From Candidatus Jordarchaeia archaeon (GTDB taxonomy: Archaea; Asgardarchaeota; Jordiarchaeia; Jordiarchaeales; Jordiarchaeaceae): a stretch of DNA of 64,000 bases. Below are positions 1 to 9,683 of the stretch, one piece after another. The position numbers and the translations under genes are program-made. The stretch is taken from contig JAHQXB010000075.1 in the NCBI GenBank assembly GCA_029856435.1, forward strand, positions 1 through 64,000, written 5' to 3'. Within the stretch, counting starts at the first letter, position 1. Every line of letters starts with the position of its first letter. The notes under the pieces were generated by a model. That model searched no databases. It had not been told where the DNA came from and worked only from the letters and a program-made list of their open reading frames with translations.

Positions 1-858
1 CCTGTTGAGGGGGTTCTTTTCTGTAGTTTTTCCCAACTTCTCACACCCAAAAACGAGCATTTTCCACCAGTTAAATGCCGGTTTTAGGAGTAGGCACCGT
101 TTCCTCAGCGTCTCCTGTTGCGAGGTAGTGCTGTTTTGTAACTTTTCCCACCTTCTACGCCTTAAATGAGTATTCTCCTCTGCCTTAAACGCCGAATTTA
201 GGCTTAAACCAAGACATTCCCTACACACCACGAACCTGCCCACAACAAGTGACGCCAGGTTAACAGTGCCTAGGAGTAAACCAAAAAGATACACGAAAAG
301 AGAATCTGGAAATAATAAGTGACACTGAGTTAACGGTGTCTTCCGAATTTCCGATATATATGCTAGTTTTTACCTCCAGACTGGTCTAATGTATAGTACG
401 GTGATCATACTTCTTATTGCTCTAATCTCAGTGTTTGCGATTGGTTGGCGCTACGATTCCGCTTTTTAGAGAGATTTGAAAGCTCTGCATTCCAATGGCC
501 CTGCATCCTTTGCTAATAGTTGTTAACTCTTTCAATCCTTCTTTAAAAACACGTATAGATAAAAGTTAAAATCTATCACGATTTTTAGGGTGTTTGTATC
601 TGTGTTGGGACGTTTGTTTTCCTTGGTATTTTTGCTTAATCTTTAGCGTTTTAAGCAGTTTACTCTTAGAAATCGGGCATTTGGGGAAATAAGCCCTAAA
701 AGAAGAATATTTCCCGGCTGAGAAGGAAAATAATTTAATGCTAAATTTTTTATGAACTATCGCCATACTCAAGAAGTGCAATAGGATGATGTTCTCCAGA
801 ACATGCAACGACAGCTGGAGAAAGTGCTGATGTTTTTCAATTTTTTGACTACTTTACG

Positions 859-1031
859 GGGGCCTCGTCTTTAAGTATGTGGACTCCCTCTATGGATAAT
901 CGTTTGATCCTCTCAAAAAAAAGGAGGCTTAACAGGGCTTCCTTCCAAATAAGCCCAAAAAAATGGGGGTAAGACCAGCTAACCCTGCACACAATTCATG
1001 TCAACAAACTACATACTTACAACAAGATCTT
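859..1031 (+). mobile_element. MITE family B copy 1 (~173 bp)
   Basis: Imperfect TIR GGGGCCTCGTCTTTAAGTATGT ... ACATACTTACAACAAGATCTT; near-identical to 38589-38762 and to reverse complement of 61920-62092; no clear TSD. Confidence 0.8.
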
Positions 1032-1453
1032 GTTTTTAAAATGCGATAGGTTTAAATTTAACTTTTAACACTTTTTCTAAAAAAATGGAATAAAAATAAT
1101 AAAATTTATGCATAAAAGTAATATTTTGCGGAAAATTGAGTGTAAAACAAGTTTCCAAATAAATGAACTATCAATCCGAGCTCAACAGGGAAAAAGATTA
1201 TAAATTGAGAATATTCAGCCTACAACAAACGAAAAGTTACCATAGAAACAGGTGAAAAACGGTGGATAAAAACTTGAAAAGATTTAATTGCTTCCGAGAA
1301 ACTACACCTTTTAAGAGCCCTACAAGTGAAGAATTCAACACAAAATTCTTCAGAAGCACAGGTACTCTGCTTAAGATTCCAAAAATAATTGGGAAAATTA
1401 TTGTCTCGATGAGTGGAGGACTCGGATCTGATAGGAAAATGTGAGGTGTCTGT

Positions 1454-3046
1454 ATGCCAGAATTGGACATGAGTAGCAAGTCTATCCTTGGAGCAAAGAC
1501 TAGGGTTAGGGATGTATCCCCGACCAGTGGTATGTGCCCCATTTGTATTTATGAGTGTAGGTCACTCTGCGAAGTTGGAAAAGCTGCTTTTAGAGGAAGA
1601 GAAGCTCTTTACCCTCTCCCCGAGCAGTACGGAATGAGCACCGCGGCCTCCAACAAGTATTACGTTGTGGATTGGTCCGACTTCCAGATAATGGTGAATG
1701 TACTAGGAGCTGAGGGCATAGAGCCAGACCCCGACAAAGCCATATTTCCCGCGGTGGATATTGAAACTGTTGTGGGGGGAGTTAAACTTAAAATTCCCGT
1801 CTTCACCGCAGGCTTGGGGTCAACCTACGTGGCCAAGTATAACTGGAAAGGCTTAGCGGTTGGCGCGGCAATATCGGGTACCATGCAGGTGATTGGCGAA
1901 AATGTTTGCGGAATGGACCTCGAAGCCCAATTCACAAATGGGAAAGTCACACACTCCCCAGATATGAATGAGAGGGTTGAGGCCTTTAGAGAATTTTGGG
2001 ACGGAGAACATGGAGACATCGTTGTTCAGACCAATGTTGAGGATCAGCGGTTAGGTGTAGACCTGTATGCTCTATCTAAGCTGGAAGTCAGTACGATTGA
2101 GAGAAAATGGGGACAGGGAGCAAAAGCTCTGGGCGGCGAGGTACGAGTAACAGATATTGACCATGCTTTAACCCTCAAGAAGAGAGGGTATATTGTTATC
2201 CCCGACCCTGAGGATCCCAATGTTCAGCAGGCGTTCAAGGAGGGAACCTTCAAGTCCTTTGAGCGCCACAGCAGAGTGGGGATGCCTGAGAAGAAAACCT
2301 TTTTGGAGGATGTGGATTCCCTCAGAGAGCAGGGAGCTAAAAGAGTCTTTCTTAAAACTGGAGCTTACAAACCAGCGGTTGTCGCCTTCACACTAAAATG
2401 TGCTTCCGAAGCCAAGATTGACTTAGTTACCTTCGATGGTGCTGGGGGAGGAACCGGCATGAGCCCTGTGCCTATGATGCTGGAGTGCGCTACACCCACA
2501 GTTTTCCTAGAAGCGCAGGTTTTACAGTGCCTAAATATAATGAAAGAGAACAATATGTACATACCGGATATTGCTATGGCGGGGGGATTCACCAGTGAAA
2601 CTCAAATATTTAAAGCCATAGCTTTAAGCAATTTTGACGGCGGACCATTCGTAAAGGCCATTGCCATGGCTAGAGCACCAGTCACCGCAGTTATGAAGGC
2701 CTCCTACTTCTCCGAACTTGCTCAAGAAAACGCTTTGCCACTGGAGTTTGCTAAAAACTATGGTAATGAACCAGATAAGTTCTTTTTGTGCAGTGCTGAG
2801 CTCCGCCAAAAATATGGTTCGGACTACAATTTGATACCTCCAGGCGCGATAGGTCTCTACAGCTACTATGTGGACAAAATTGGAACAGGACTCAAGCAAC
2901 TGATGGCAGGAGTGAGAAAGTGGAAGCTGAGTCTCCTAGACAGAAACGACATAGCTTCATTGACTGATAGAGCTAAGAGGGTAACGGGAATTCCCCTCAT
3001 AGAAGAGATGGAAAAGGAAGCGATGAGAAAAATCCTCCTCGGCTAA
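1454..3046 (+). CDS. FMN-binding glutamate synthase family protein (stand-alone GltB domain 2-like)
   Basis: 530 aa; N-terminal Cys cluster CPICIYECRSLC, KWGQGAK, DGAGGGTGM, MAGG and AIAMAR FMN-barrel motifs; RBS GAGGTG. Confidence 0.85.
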   Translation: MPELDMSSKSILGAKTRVRDVSPTSGMCPICIYECRSLCEVGKAAFRGREALYPLPEQYGMSTAASNKYYVVDWSDFQIMVNVLGAEGIEPDPDKAIFPAVDIETVVGGVKLKIPVFTAGLGSTYVAKYNWKGLAVGAAISGTMQVIGENVCGMDLEAQFTNGKVTHSPDMNERVEAFREFWDGEHGDIVVQTNVEDQRLGVDLYALSKLEVSTIERKWGQGAKALGGEVRVTDIDHALTLKKRGYIVIPDPEDPNVQQAFKEGTFKSFERHSRVGMPEKKTFLEDVDSLREQGAKRVFLKTGAYKPAVVAFTLKCASEAKIDLVTFDGAGGGTGMSPVPMMLECATPTVFLEAQVLQCLNIMKENNMYIPDIAMAGGFTSETQIFKAIALSNFDGGPFVKAIAMARAPVTAVMKASYFSELAQENALPLEFAKNYGNEPDKFFLCSAELRQKYGSDYNLIPPGAIGLYSYYVDKIGTGLKQLMAGVRKWKLSLLDRNDIASLTDRAKRVTGIPLIEEMEKEAMRKILLG

Positions 3047-3112
3047 AAATCCAGCCACTCCCTCTTTCCATTTTCCGCTAAAAGGAAAAAAATGTTTGGT
3101 TTATTACTAGAT

Positions 3113-4168
3113 TTATCTTTGAAGGTTAGATTGGGGTTTTAAGATTTTTTCATATTTTAGGGCTAGATGTTCTAGGCTAATTTTGCTTAGGAGTTCTATG
3201 CTTGTTTCCTTGCTTAGCTTGGAGATTTCTGTGATTAGTTCAAAGATTTTTTGGAAGTTTTGTTCCAGGTTAATTTTTGTGGCTAGATCTTCTAAATCTA
3301 TACTTTTAACAATGTAGCGTAAAATTTCTGTATCGACACTTTGGCTGAGGCGGTTCAAACAGTCCTCTGCGTAATCTTCTTGGCCTTGTTCTCTTTTTTT
3401 CATGTCTAAGAGGTGCAGTTTGCCTTCGAATCTGCTTTTTTGCAGGCGTATTTTGAAGAGGAGTTCCGTAATTTTCTCTAAACTCTCTTCGTGTTTAATT
3501 TTGGTTCTTACTATTTTTGAAATTTTTTCTGAAAACTCTTGGTAGACTAGGTAAATATGGTAGATTAACATTGCAATTTTGTCAAAGTCCTGTTCGTTGG
3601 CGACTTTGGCTGTTAGAGTCTCAAAACTAATTTCCTCAAAAATTTTTTTAGCAGCATCCTCATCGCACACATAAAAGTTGAATAGAGTGTCACAAACCGT
3701 ATCCAAGTTTCCTTCGCAGTCAATTTTTCTGGCAATAGAGGTCAAACCCATCTTTCCTAAAAACGCGAGGTTTATTTCTCTACTCAGCCACGATATACGT
3801 GAGATCAGAAAATTAATTTTGTTCAAACTCTTCTCCATATTAATCTTTCTCACCAGTTCATCCAAGTTTACTTTCCTAAGAATGCCCTCCAGTAGGTTCT
3901 TGTCTCTCCACAAAAGGCTATCAAGGATTAAACCTATTATCCCAATGTCTTGCTCTCCATCTATTATGGAAACTAAGGATTTGGAGTCATTTTTATCCAG
4001 TAGTACCAGCACTTTGTTGAGAGTGAAAGATTCAACTCTAATACTGCTTTTAGAAGAGCTAGATAAACATCCATAATTAGAAACAATGTAATTACCCAAA
4101 TAATTGCGCTGAGCCAAAAAATCTGTGGTAGAACCCCTTTCTGAACGCTTCCCTAACTCTTTTTTCAT
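3113..4168 (-). CDS. Hypothetical alpha-helical repeat protein (351 aa)
   Basis: Track ORF 3113..4336; residues upstream of ATG 4168 fall almost entirely inside the IS; repeated LxxKIxxExxLxKIxxLLxxI motif. Confidence 0.7.
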   Translation of the reverse strand: MKKELGKRSERGSTTDFLAQRNYLGNYIVSNYGCLSSSSKSSIRVESFTLNKVLVLLDKNDSKSLVSIIDGEQDIGIIGLILDSLLWRDKNLLEGILRKVNLDELVRKINMEKSLNKINFLISRISWLSREINLAFLGKMGLTSIARKIDCEGNLDTVCDTLFNFYVCDEDAAKKIFEEISFETLTAKVANEQDFDKIAMLIYHIYLVYQEFSEKISKIVRTKIKHEESLEKITELLFKIRLQKSRFEGKLHLLDMKKREQGQEDYAEDCLNRLSQSVDTEILRYIVKSIDLEDLATKINLEQNFQKIFELITEISKLSKETSIELLSKISLEHLALKYEKILKPQSNLQR

Positions 4169-4273
4169 TTTAGTTACCACAACATCGGCGAGAAAGCCCA
4201 CACCCTTTAGACGTGGGATGAATTGCCTAAAAGGATTTAAATATTTGGCGCTACTGTAGTAGTTTGATGTAGT

Positions 4274-4405
4274 ATGTCTATGCCCATTAGAATAAAGAAG
4301 GACACTATTGAGGAGTTGAAGAAGCTGAAGGTGCATCCTAGAGAAACGTATGATGATGTTATTCAGAGGCTGATTAAGGCTTGGAAAGAACGAACACCCT
4401 CATAG
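4274..4405 (+). CDS. Small ribbon-helix-helix DNA-binding protein (43 aa) inside the IS
   Basis: Manual translation MSMPIRIKKDTIEELKKLKVHPRETYDDVIQRLIKAWKERTPS, archaeal RHH pattern (IxIxxxTxxxLxxLK..xxETYDDVIxRL); below track cutoff. Confidence 0.75.
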   Translation: MSMPIRIKKDTIEELKKLKVHPRETYDDVIQRLIKAWKERTPS

Positions 4406-5541
4406 TTGAAGGCGACAAAGCCCTGTGGATGCTGGCTGACAACTGCGCTAGGCTGTGGAACGAGCTGAACTTTTAACGCAGACAGGCCTACATCCACTAC
4501 AGGAAGTTTGAGCGGTATCCTAAACATCTATACGAGAAGTACGCTCCGCTAGTGGACTCAGCAACAGCCCAGCAAATAATAAACAAGAACAACGAAGCCT
4601 GGAGAAGCTTCCTAGCCTTAAAAAGGCTTAAAGGAAGACTTCCACCACACATAACAAAAGTTTCAATGCCAAGGTACTGGAAGAGGAACGGTAAAAGGGA
4701 ATTGAGAATAATTGTTAGAAACGACTGCTACAAAGTTGACGGCAAATACCTATACCTTCCAAAGGGGCTTAAATTGAGGATTAAGGGCAGCTTGAAATGG
4801 TATGGTAAAAAAGGAAGGCTTGAAATCGTCTACGACGATGTGGATGGGGTGTGGAGGGGCTTTACGACCATTAAAATCAAGAAGCCTCCAATAAAAAGAG
4901 GCAGTAAGCCCCTCCACATCGATTTAGGCGTCCGCTTCCTGGCAACGGTATGGGCTGAGGGATAGAAGCAGCCTACAGCCTTCAGTGGAAACCAGCCTTT
5001 GCATGACTGGTGGCACTGGACAAAGCGAATAGCTAAAGAACAGAGCAGGCTGGCGAGGATAAACAAAGCCAAGACATCAAGAAAGCTTAGGAGCTGTACA
5101 GGATTAGGCAGAGGCGTTTCAGGCATGCGGTAAACGCCATGATAAAAACCATAGTCGAAGATGCGTATGCGCTTGGCATATCAAAGATTACCTTTGGAGA
5201 CCTGAAGAGGATAAGAGACAACAGCCATAGCAGCAAAGCAAACGCCCTGATAAACAACTTCTGAAGCTTCAAATATATAGTTCAAAGGGTCAAGGAAAAG
5301 GCTGAAGAGTATGGGATGGAAGTGGTCGAAATAAGCGAACATGGAACATCAAGCACCCGTCCAAGACGCCACTCAAAAAAACACAGCAACCAGGGGAAGA
5401 CTCTTCAAATGCCTAAAATGTGGATTGGAAGCCCATAGAGACGCCGTAGGCGTGTTGAATATGGGAGCCCTCCACAACGGAGGAGTGCCCATCGGGGTGG
5501 TGGTGCACCCCCTGCCTCTAAGGTGGAACGGGATGAGATAG
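4381..5541 (+). pseudogene. tnpB: TnpB RNA-guided nuclease pseudogene
   Basis: TTG start; ARLWNELNF, QQIINKNNEAWRSF, RuvC-I HIDLGVRFLA, CLKC zinc ribbon, RuvC-III HRDAVGVLN; stops at 4474, 4963, 5262; frameshifts near 5093 and 5375. Confidence 0.9.
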
Positions 5542-5850
5542 GAGCCTAAAAGGACTGTGAACACGGAGCCGATGAAAACCCTAGAAACAGAAACAGAATC
5601 CGCCGAGATGATGGTGGAATCCCACACGCTTCAGCGGTGGGAGGACGTCAATCTCACACCCTTTTGAAGGGAAACACCTTTAGCTTTCTAATAAGTTTCA
5701 TTAAGGGTTATTAATGAAAATGAATATTATAAATTTGACTAACTTTTTTTCAATAATTATGAATGTGATTTTTCAGTTTATTCTATCAAGATTCAAAAAG
5801 ACTTATTCAACTGCGAAAAGGAGAGAGAAAGGTTACAAAAACAGTTATTG

Positions 5851-7059
5851 TTACTTTTCGTCTCTAGTACTTTTAATTAATAAATCTTGTATGGCTAATA
5901 ATGTTTCGTATAGCTCCATTCCAGAAGAGCTGTATGTTTGTAGTGTTTCAGCGGTGTCCTCGTAGAAATTTTGGAGCTCTTGGCTTCCCAGTATTTGGGC
6001 TGCTTCTTCAATTATGCTTATTTTTTCCTTCAATGTTTGGATTGCTTGGTCAACAATATTAAATTCTTCTAGGGCAACCATTACTCCAAAGGCCAGGTCC
6101 TCCAAATTGAACTCTGTGGGCAAGAGCTCCTCTGTAGATGTGGTGGCTCGAGCGAAGGATTCAATTTTTGCGTTGGCTAATTTCTCGTTGCCCCATAACA
6201 CTCTTAGTAGGAAAATGCTGGCGTTGAATCCGTGCTCAAAAAGCTTTATTCGGTAGTCAGCAACCAGCGCTATCTCCTCTTGGATTTCTTCTATTCTCCT
6301 TCTCAATTTTTGAAGGTCTTCCAGCAGCAGTTCACTCCAACTCTTGTGAGGAATGATAAATTCTTGTACTATTTGCAGTCTCTGAGCCATTTCAATAAAG
6401 TAGCGAATAATCTTTTTGAGCCCCTCTACTATGTTTACAAGATTCTCTTTCAGGAGGACATCCTCATAAAAGGAATAAATCTCGCTCAGTATTTTTAGCC
6501 AGTCTTCGTTCTGTTCCTCCATCACTTTAATTAGTTTTTCGGCAAACTCTGACCTAGTGTAATAAACAACTTTGGGTAAGCCCTGCGCTTTTTTATAAGT
6601 TGAGAGTAGAGCAAATCTAGCTTCCTGTAAATACAACTCCAAGGAGGATTTTACCTGAAATTTAAGGTAATCTTCATCAATCTTTGACAGATTAACCACA
6701 TCGTCTAGGTCAACCTGCTTAAAAAGAATCCTCAGAAAGCCATCGGTGCCTAGAGCGTGAACCAAACCGCAAAAAAGTTCAAACCACACGGTGGCCGCTT
6801 TAACATAATCGCTGAAAAAGGATACAAAGAGGGATATACCCTCCTTTAACTCCACCATGTGCTTCAAAATATAGTCGGAAAAATATTCGTCTGCCCGAAT
6901 TTTACTTAATTCCTCTAACTTTACGCCTTTAAAATAGAGTTTGAACGCAGTCTCGCCCATTAGTTTGAAATATTTTTTCAGATAGCTTTTTAAATTCTGA
7001 AGTCTGCTTTCCAACCCTTTCACTTCTCTATCATCACAGGTTATAACAATGTTATACAA
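5851..7059 (-). CDS. Hypothetical all-alpha/coiled-coil protein (402 aa)
   Basis: Long ORF with protein-like E/K/L-rich composition; no motif recognised. Confidence 0.7.
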   Translation of the reverse strand: MYNIVITCDDREVKGLESRLQNLKSYLKKYFKLMGETAFKLYFKGVKLEELSKIRADEYFSDYILKHMVELKEGISLFVSFFSDYVKAATVWFELFCGLVHALGTDGFLRILFKQVDLDDVVNLSKIDEDYLKFQVKSSLELYLQEARFALLSTYKKAQGLPKVVYYTRSEFAEKLIKVMEEQNEDWLKILSEIYSFYEDVLLKENLVNIVEGLKKIIRYFIEMAQRLQIVQEFIIPHKSWSELLLEDLQKLRRRIEEIQEEIALVADYRIKLFEHGFNASIFLLRVLWGNEKLANAKIESFARATTSTEELLPTEFNLEDLAFGVMVALEEFNIVDQAIQTLKEKISIIEEAAQILGSQELQNFYEDTAETLQTYSSSGMELYETLLAIQDLLIKSTRDEK

Positions 7060-7207
7060 AATTCTGTTTCAGAATTATATTTAAATATTACTAATTAAAC
7101 AAATCAATTACTCTAGTTTAAACCTTTTTGTCCCGACATTTTTGCGTAAACCATTTCGCACCTAAAAGCGAAAAATTGTGTAACATGGAATTTTGAGGGA
7201 ACCATGA

Positions 7208-8380
7208 ATGTTTAATGAAGCAACATGCAAGAAATGCGGTAAATGCCTATCGCAATGTCCATTTTTAAATTTGCCAGAACAAAGGGCTAAGGAAGAAATC
7301 TCACAAATGATTAAAGCCAGAACCTCAGAACAAGTAATTAGGAACTGCGCTGGCTGCTCCTACTGCAACTCCATTTGTCCAACACAGTCCAACCCATCGG
7401 ATCTCAGGAAGGAGATAAAACTTAGAAAAAATCGCGTAGAGGGGGTAGGAAGCCTACTTTTAATAAATGAGCAAGTGCCCCTAAACCTGATGTCCATAGG
7501 ACTAGAATTAGAAACCCATGAGAAGATGGAAAAACTGAAAAAATATATGAATCCACCTAAAAGTAAAGAAATGTTCTACCTAGGATGTAGCCTCTCATAC
7601 ATCTATACTGACCTGACCAAAACAAAATTATTGGGGAGCTTACCCCTAGTGGGTGGAATGAAGTATTGTTGTGGAGGATACTTAAACAGTCTTTTTGGGG
7701 AAGAAGAAGCGAAAATATGGGGAGGAAAATTGTTGGCAGAATTTAATAAGCTCGGAGTAGGGAAACTCATCTCCTTCTGCCCCGGCTGCGACCGAATGCT
7801 GAGGGACGTATATCCCAAAATAGTGGAGGGATACAATGTTGAAAGCCAAAACATCGTGGAATACCTTGTGGAAAAATATCATAAGGGAGAACTGAAACTA
7901 AAAAACAAAGTACAGCTAAGAATAACTTTCCATGATCCTTGCCCTTGGCGTGGATTGGACAGGAAAATTTATGAAAGCCCAAGGGAGCTTCTAGAAATTC
8001 TGGGCGCTGAGGTGGTGGAGATGAATCACAACAGGGAAAAATCACTGTGTTGCGGTGCCCCCGTCTCCTTTAGAAACAGAGAATTGGCAGAAAAAATAGC
8101 AAATATGAGGGTATCTGAGGCTGGAGAAGTAGGAGCGGAAGCACTCGCCTTTGTATGCACTGGATGTGTCTTTGCGTTATCAAAGAGTGCCACAGAGAGG
8201 AACATTGAGGCATACTACATCACTGAACTGGCTCAAATGGCAATAGGGGAAAAACCGCAACACAAAATCGTCGAAGTCACGAATCAAGCCATGGCTCTAC
8301 TGACTAAAAAGATATTAGAAAATCCCAGCCTGTTAAAAGACAAATACATTATTAAAGGTGGAGAAACACGCAAAATATAA
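7208..8380 (+). CDS. Fe-S oxidoreductase, HdrD/GlpC-like (4Fe-4S dicluster + two CCG domains)
   Basis: CKKCGKCLSQCP, CAGCSYCNSICP, YLGC..YCCG..FCPGC, FHDPC..LCCG..VCTGC. Confidence 0.85.
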   Translation: MFNEATCKKCGKCLSQCPFLNLPEQRAKEEISQMIKARTSEQVIRNCAGCSYCNSICPTQSNPSDLRKEIKLRKNRVEGVGSLLLINEQVPLNLMSIGLELETHEKMEKLKKYMNPPKSKEMFYLGCSLSYIYTDLTKTKLLGSLPLVGGMKYCCGGYLNSLFGEEEAKIWGGKLLAEFNKLGVGKLISFCPGCDRMLRDVYPKIVEGYNVESQNIVEYLVEKYHKGELKLKNKVQLRITFHDPCPWRGLDRKIYESPRELLEILGAEVVEMNHNREKSLCCGAPVSFRNRELAEKIANMRVSEAGEVGAEALAFVCTGCVFALSKSATERNIEAYYITELAQMAIGEKPQHKIVEVTNQAMALLTKKILENPSLLKDKYIIKGGETRKI

Positions 8381-8495
8381 CACTTCGGACCAATAATCAT
8401 ATTTTTTGCACATAAAATTTAAATCCCATACCAAAAACATACTATCTGAGTTCACGTGATTAATGCCTAACTGTTCAAATTTAGGGTGTGGAATA

Positions 8496-9683
8496 ATGAG
8501 AGATGTTGCAATAATTGGTATAGGGCACACCAAGTTTGGAAAATCAGATAAGACAAACATTGAGCTTTTCGCCGAAGCAGGACAGGAAGCAATAGAGGAC
8601 GCAAACATAGATAGAAAAGAAATAGAAGCAGTATTTATGGGTGCGGTTCTCCCAATGTTTGAAGAGGGGCAAATGATGCCCGCAGTGTACGCCACCTCAG
8701 AGCTAGGTTTGGGAAACATACCCTCAACCAGATTTGAGGGGGCTTGCGCCTCAGCAACCGTAGCTATTAGAGACGCACATATGTGGGTCGCATCAGGACA
8801 GTACGACATAGTATTGGCGGGCGGAGCAGAGAGAGCAACAATAATGGGAACAGCCTTTGCCACAAGAACCTTCCAGATGGGAGGACACGCTCCCACAGAG
8901 GGACCAGCGGGGCTCACCTTCCCGGGAGCCTTCGCAATGGCCGCCGTATTATACTCCCGGTTCTATGAAATACCTCTGCAGAAACTGAGAGAAAAAATGG
9001 CACATGTGGCGATTAAAAACCATAAACATGGAGCGCTAAACCCTCTAGCACAATGGTACAAAAAGTATGGAGACTTAACAGTGGAAAAAGTTCTAAGCTC
9101 ACCCATGATAGCAGACCCACTAACACTGCTTGACTGCTGCCCCTTCTCTGATGGAGCCGCGGCAATAATACTGTGTTCGGGAGACATTGCGAGAAAGTAT
9201 ACTGATGAGCCAATCTATATTCTGGGTACTGGTCAAGGCACGGGCGCGGCTTTGGCTAGGTTGGAAGATTTCACCAAGCCGCCTTCAAGGGTTTATTCTG
9301 CGAGGATGGCTTTCAAGAAAGCAGGTCTTGAACCAAAGGATGTTGACATTCTCGAGCTACATGACTGCTTTACACCTGCAGAGTTAATTGCTCTTGAAGC
9401 TATGGGCTTCTTTGGTGAGGGTGAAGCAGCAGACGCAACCGAAGATGGACAGACCGAAATAGGGGGAAAGATTCCCACAAATATTTCGGGGGGACTGATT
9501 GGTAGGGGGCACCCCATAGGGGCAACCGGAGCTTCCCAAGTGTGTATGATTGTGCAACAGATGAGGGGAGAAGCGCCCAAGGGAAACCAGCTGGATCCTG
9601 TCCCAGAAATTGGGATGGTTGACACTCTGGGAGGAGACTTTGGAACACTTTGCCACCTAATCCTTGGAAGGTCAAAGAGGTGA
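8496..9683 (+). CDS. Thiolase (acetyl-CoA acetyltransferase, archaeal SCP2-like type)
   Basis: MRDVAIIGIGHTKFG, FEGACASA (catalytic Cys), CCPFSDGAAA, ELHDCFT, GHPIGATG; start moved to ATG 8496 after GGGTGTGG. Confidence 0.9.
   Translation: MRDVAIIGIGHTKFGKSDKTNIELFAEAGQEAIEDANIDRKEIEAVFMGAVLPMFEEGQMMPAVYATSELGLGNIPSTRFEGACASATVAIRDAHMWVASGQYDIVLAGGAERATIMGTAFATRTFQMGGHAPTEGPAGLTFPGAFAMAAVLYSRFYEIPLQKLREKMAHVAIKNHKHGALNPLAQWYKKYGDLTVEKVLSSPMIADPLTLLDCCPFSDGAAAIILCSGDIARKYTDEPIYILGTGQGTGAALARLEDFTKPPSRVYSARMAFKKAGLEPKDVDILELHDCFTPAELIALEAMGFFGEGEAADATEDGQTEIGGKIPTNISGGLIGRGHPIGATGASQVCMIVQQMRGEAPKGNQLDPVPEIGMVDTLGGDFGTLCHLILGRSKR

Larger units (their letters stand above)
4178..5651 (+). mobile_element. 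IS200/IS605-family (IS1341-type) non-autonomous element
   Basis: Target TTAC 4174-4177; AAAG + left hairpin CCCAC..GTGGG from 4197; GAAT + right hairpin CCCAC..GTGGG ending 5641, then 10 nt ending TCAA at 5651; contains tnpB remnant, no tnpA. Confidence 0.85.

Noticed and set aside
370-830. Possible DDE transposase remnant on the minus strand (RRIERVNNY-like fragment) including track ORF 566..808
   Set aside because: Only one weak motif across several broken frames and no TIR found; not supportable without tBLASTn
4169-4336. N-terminal extension of track ORF 3113..4336
   Set aside because: Lies almost entirely within the IS left end and antisense to the RHH gene; chance open frame
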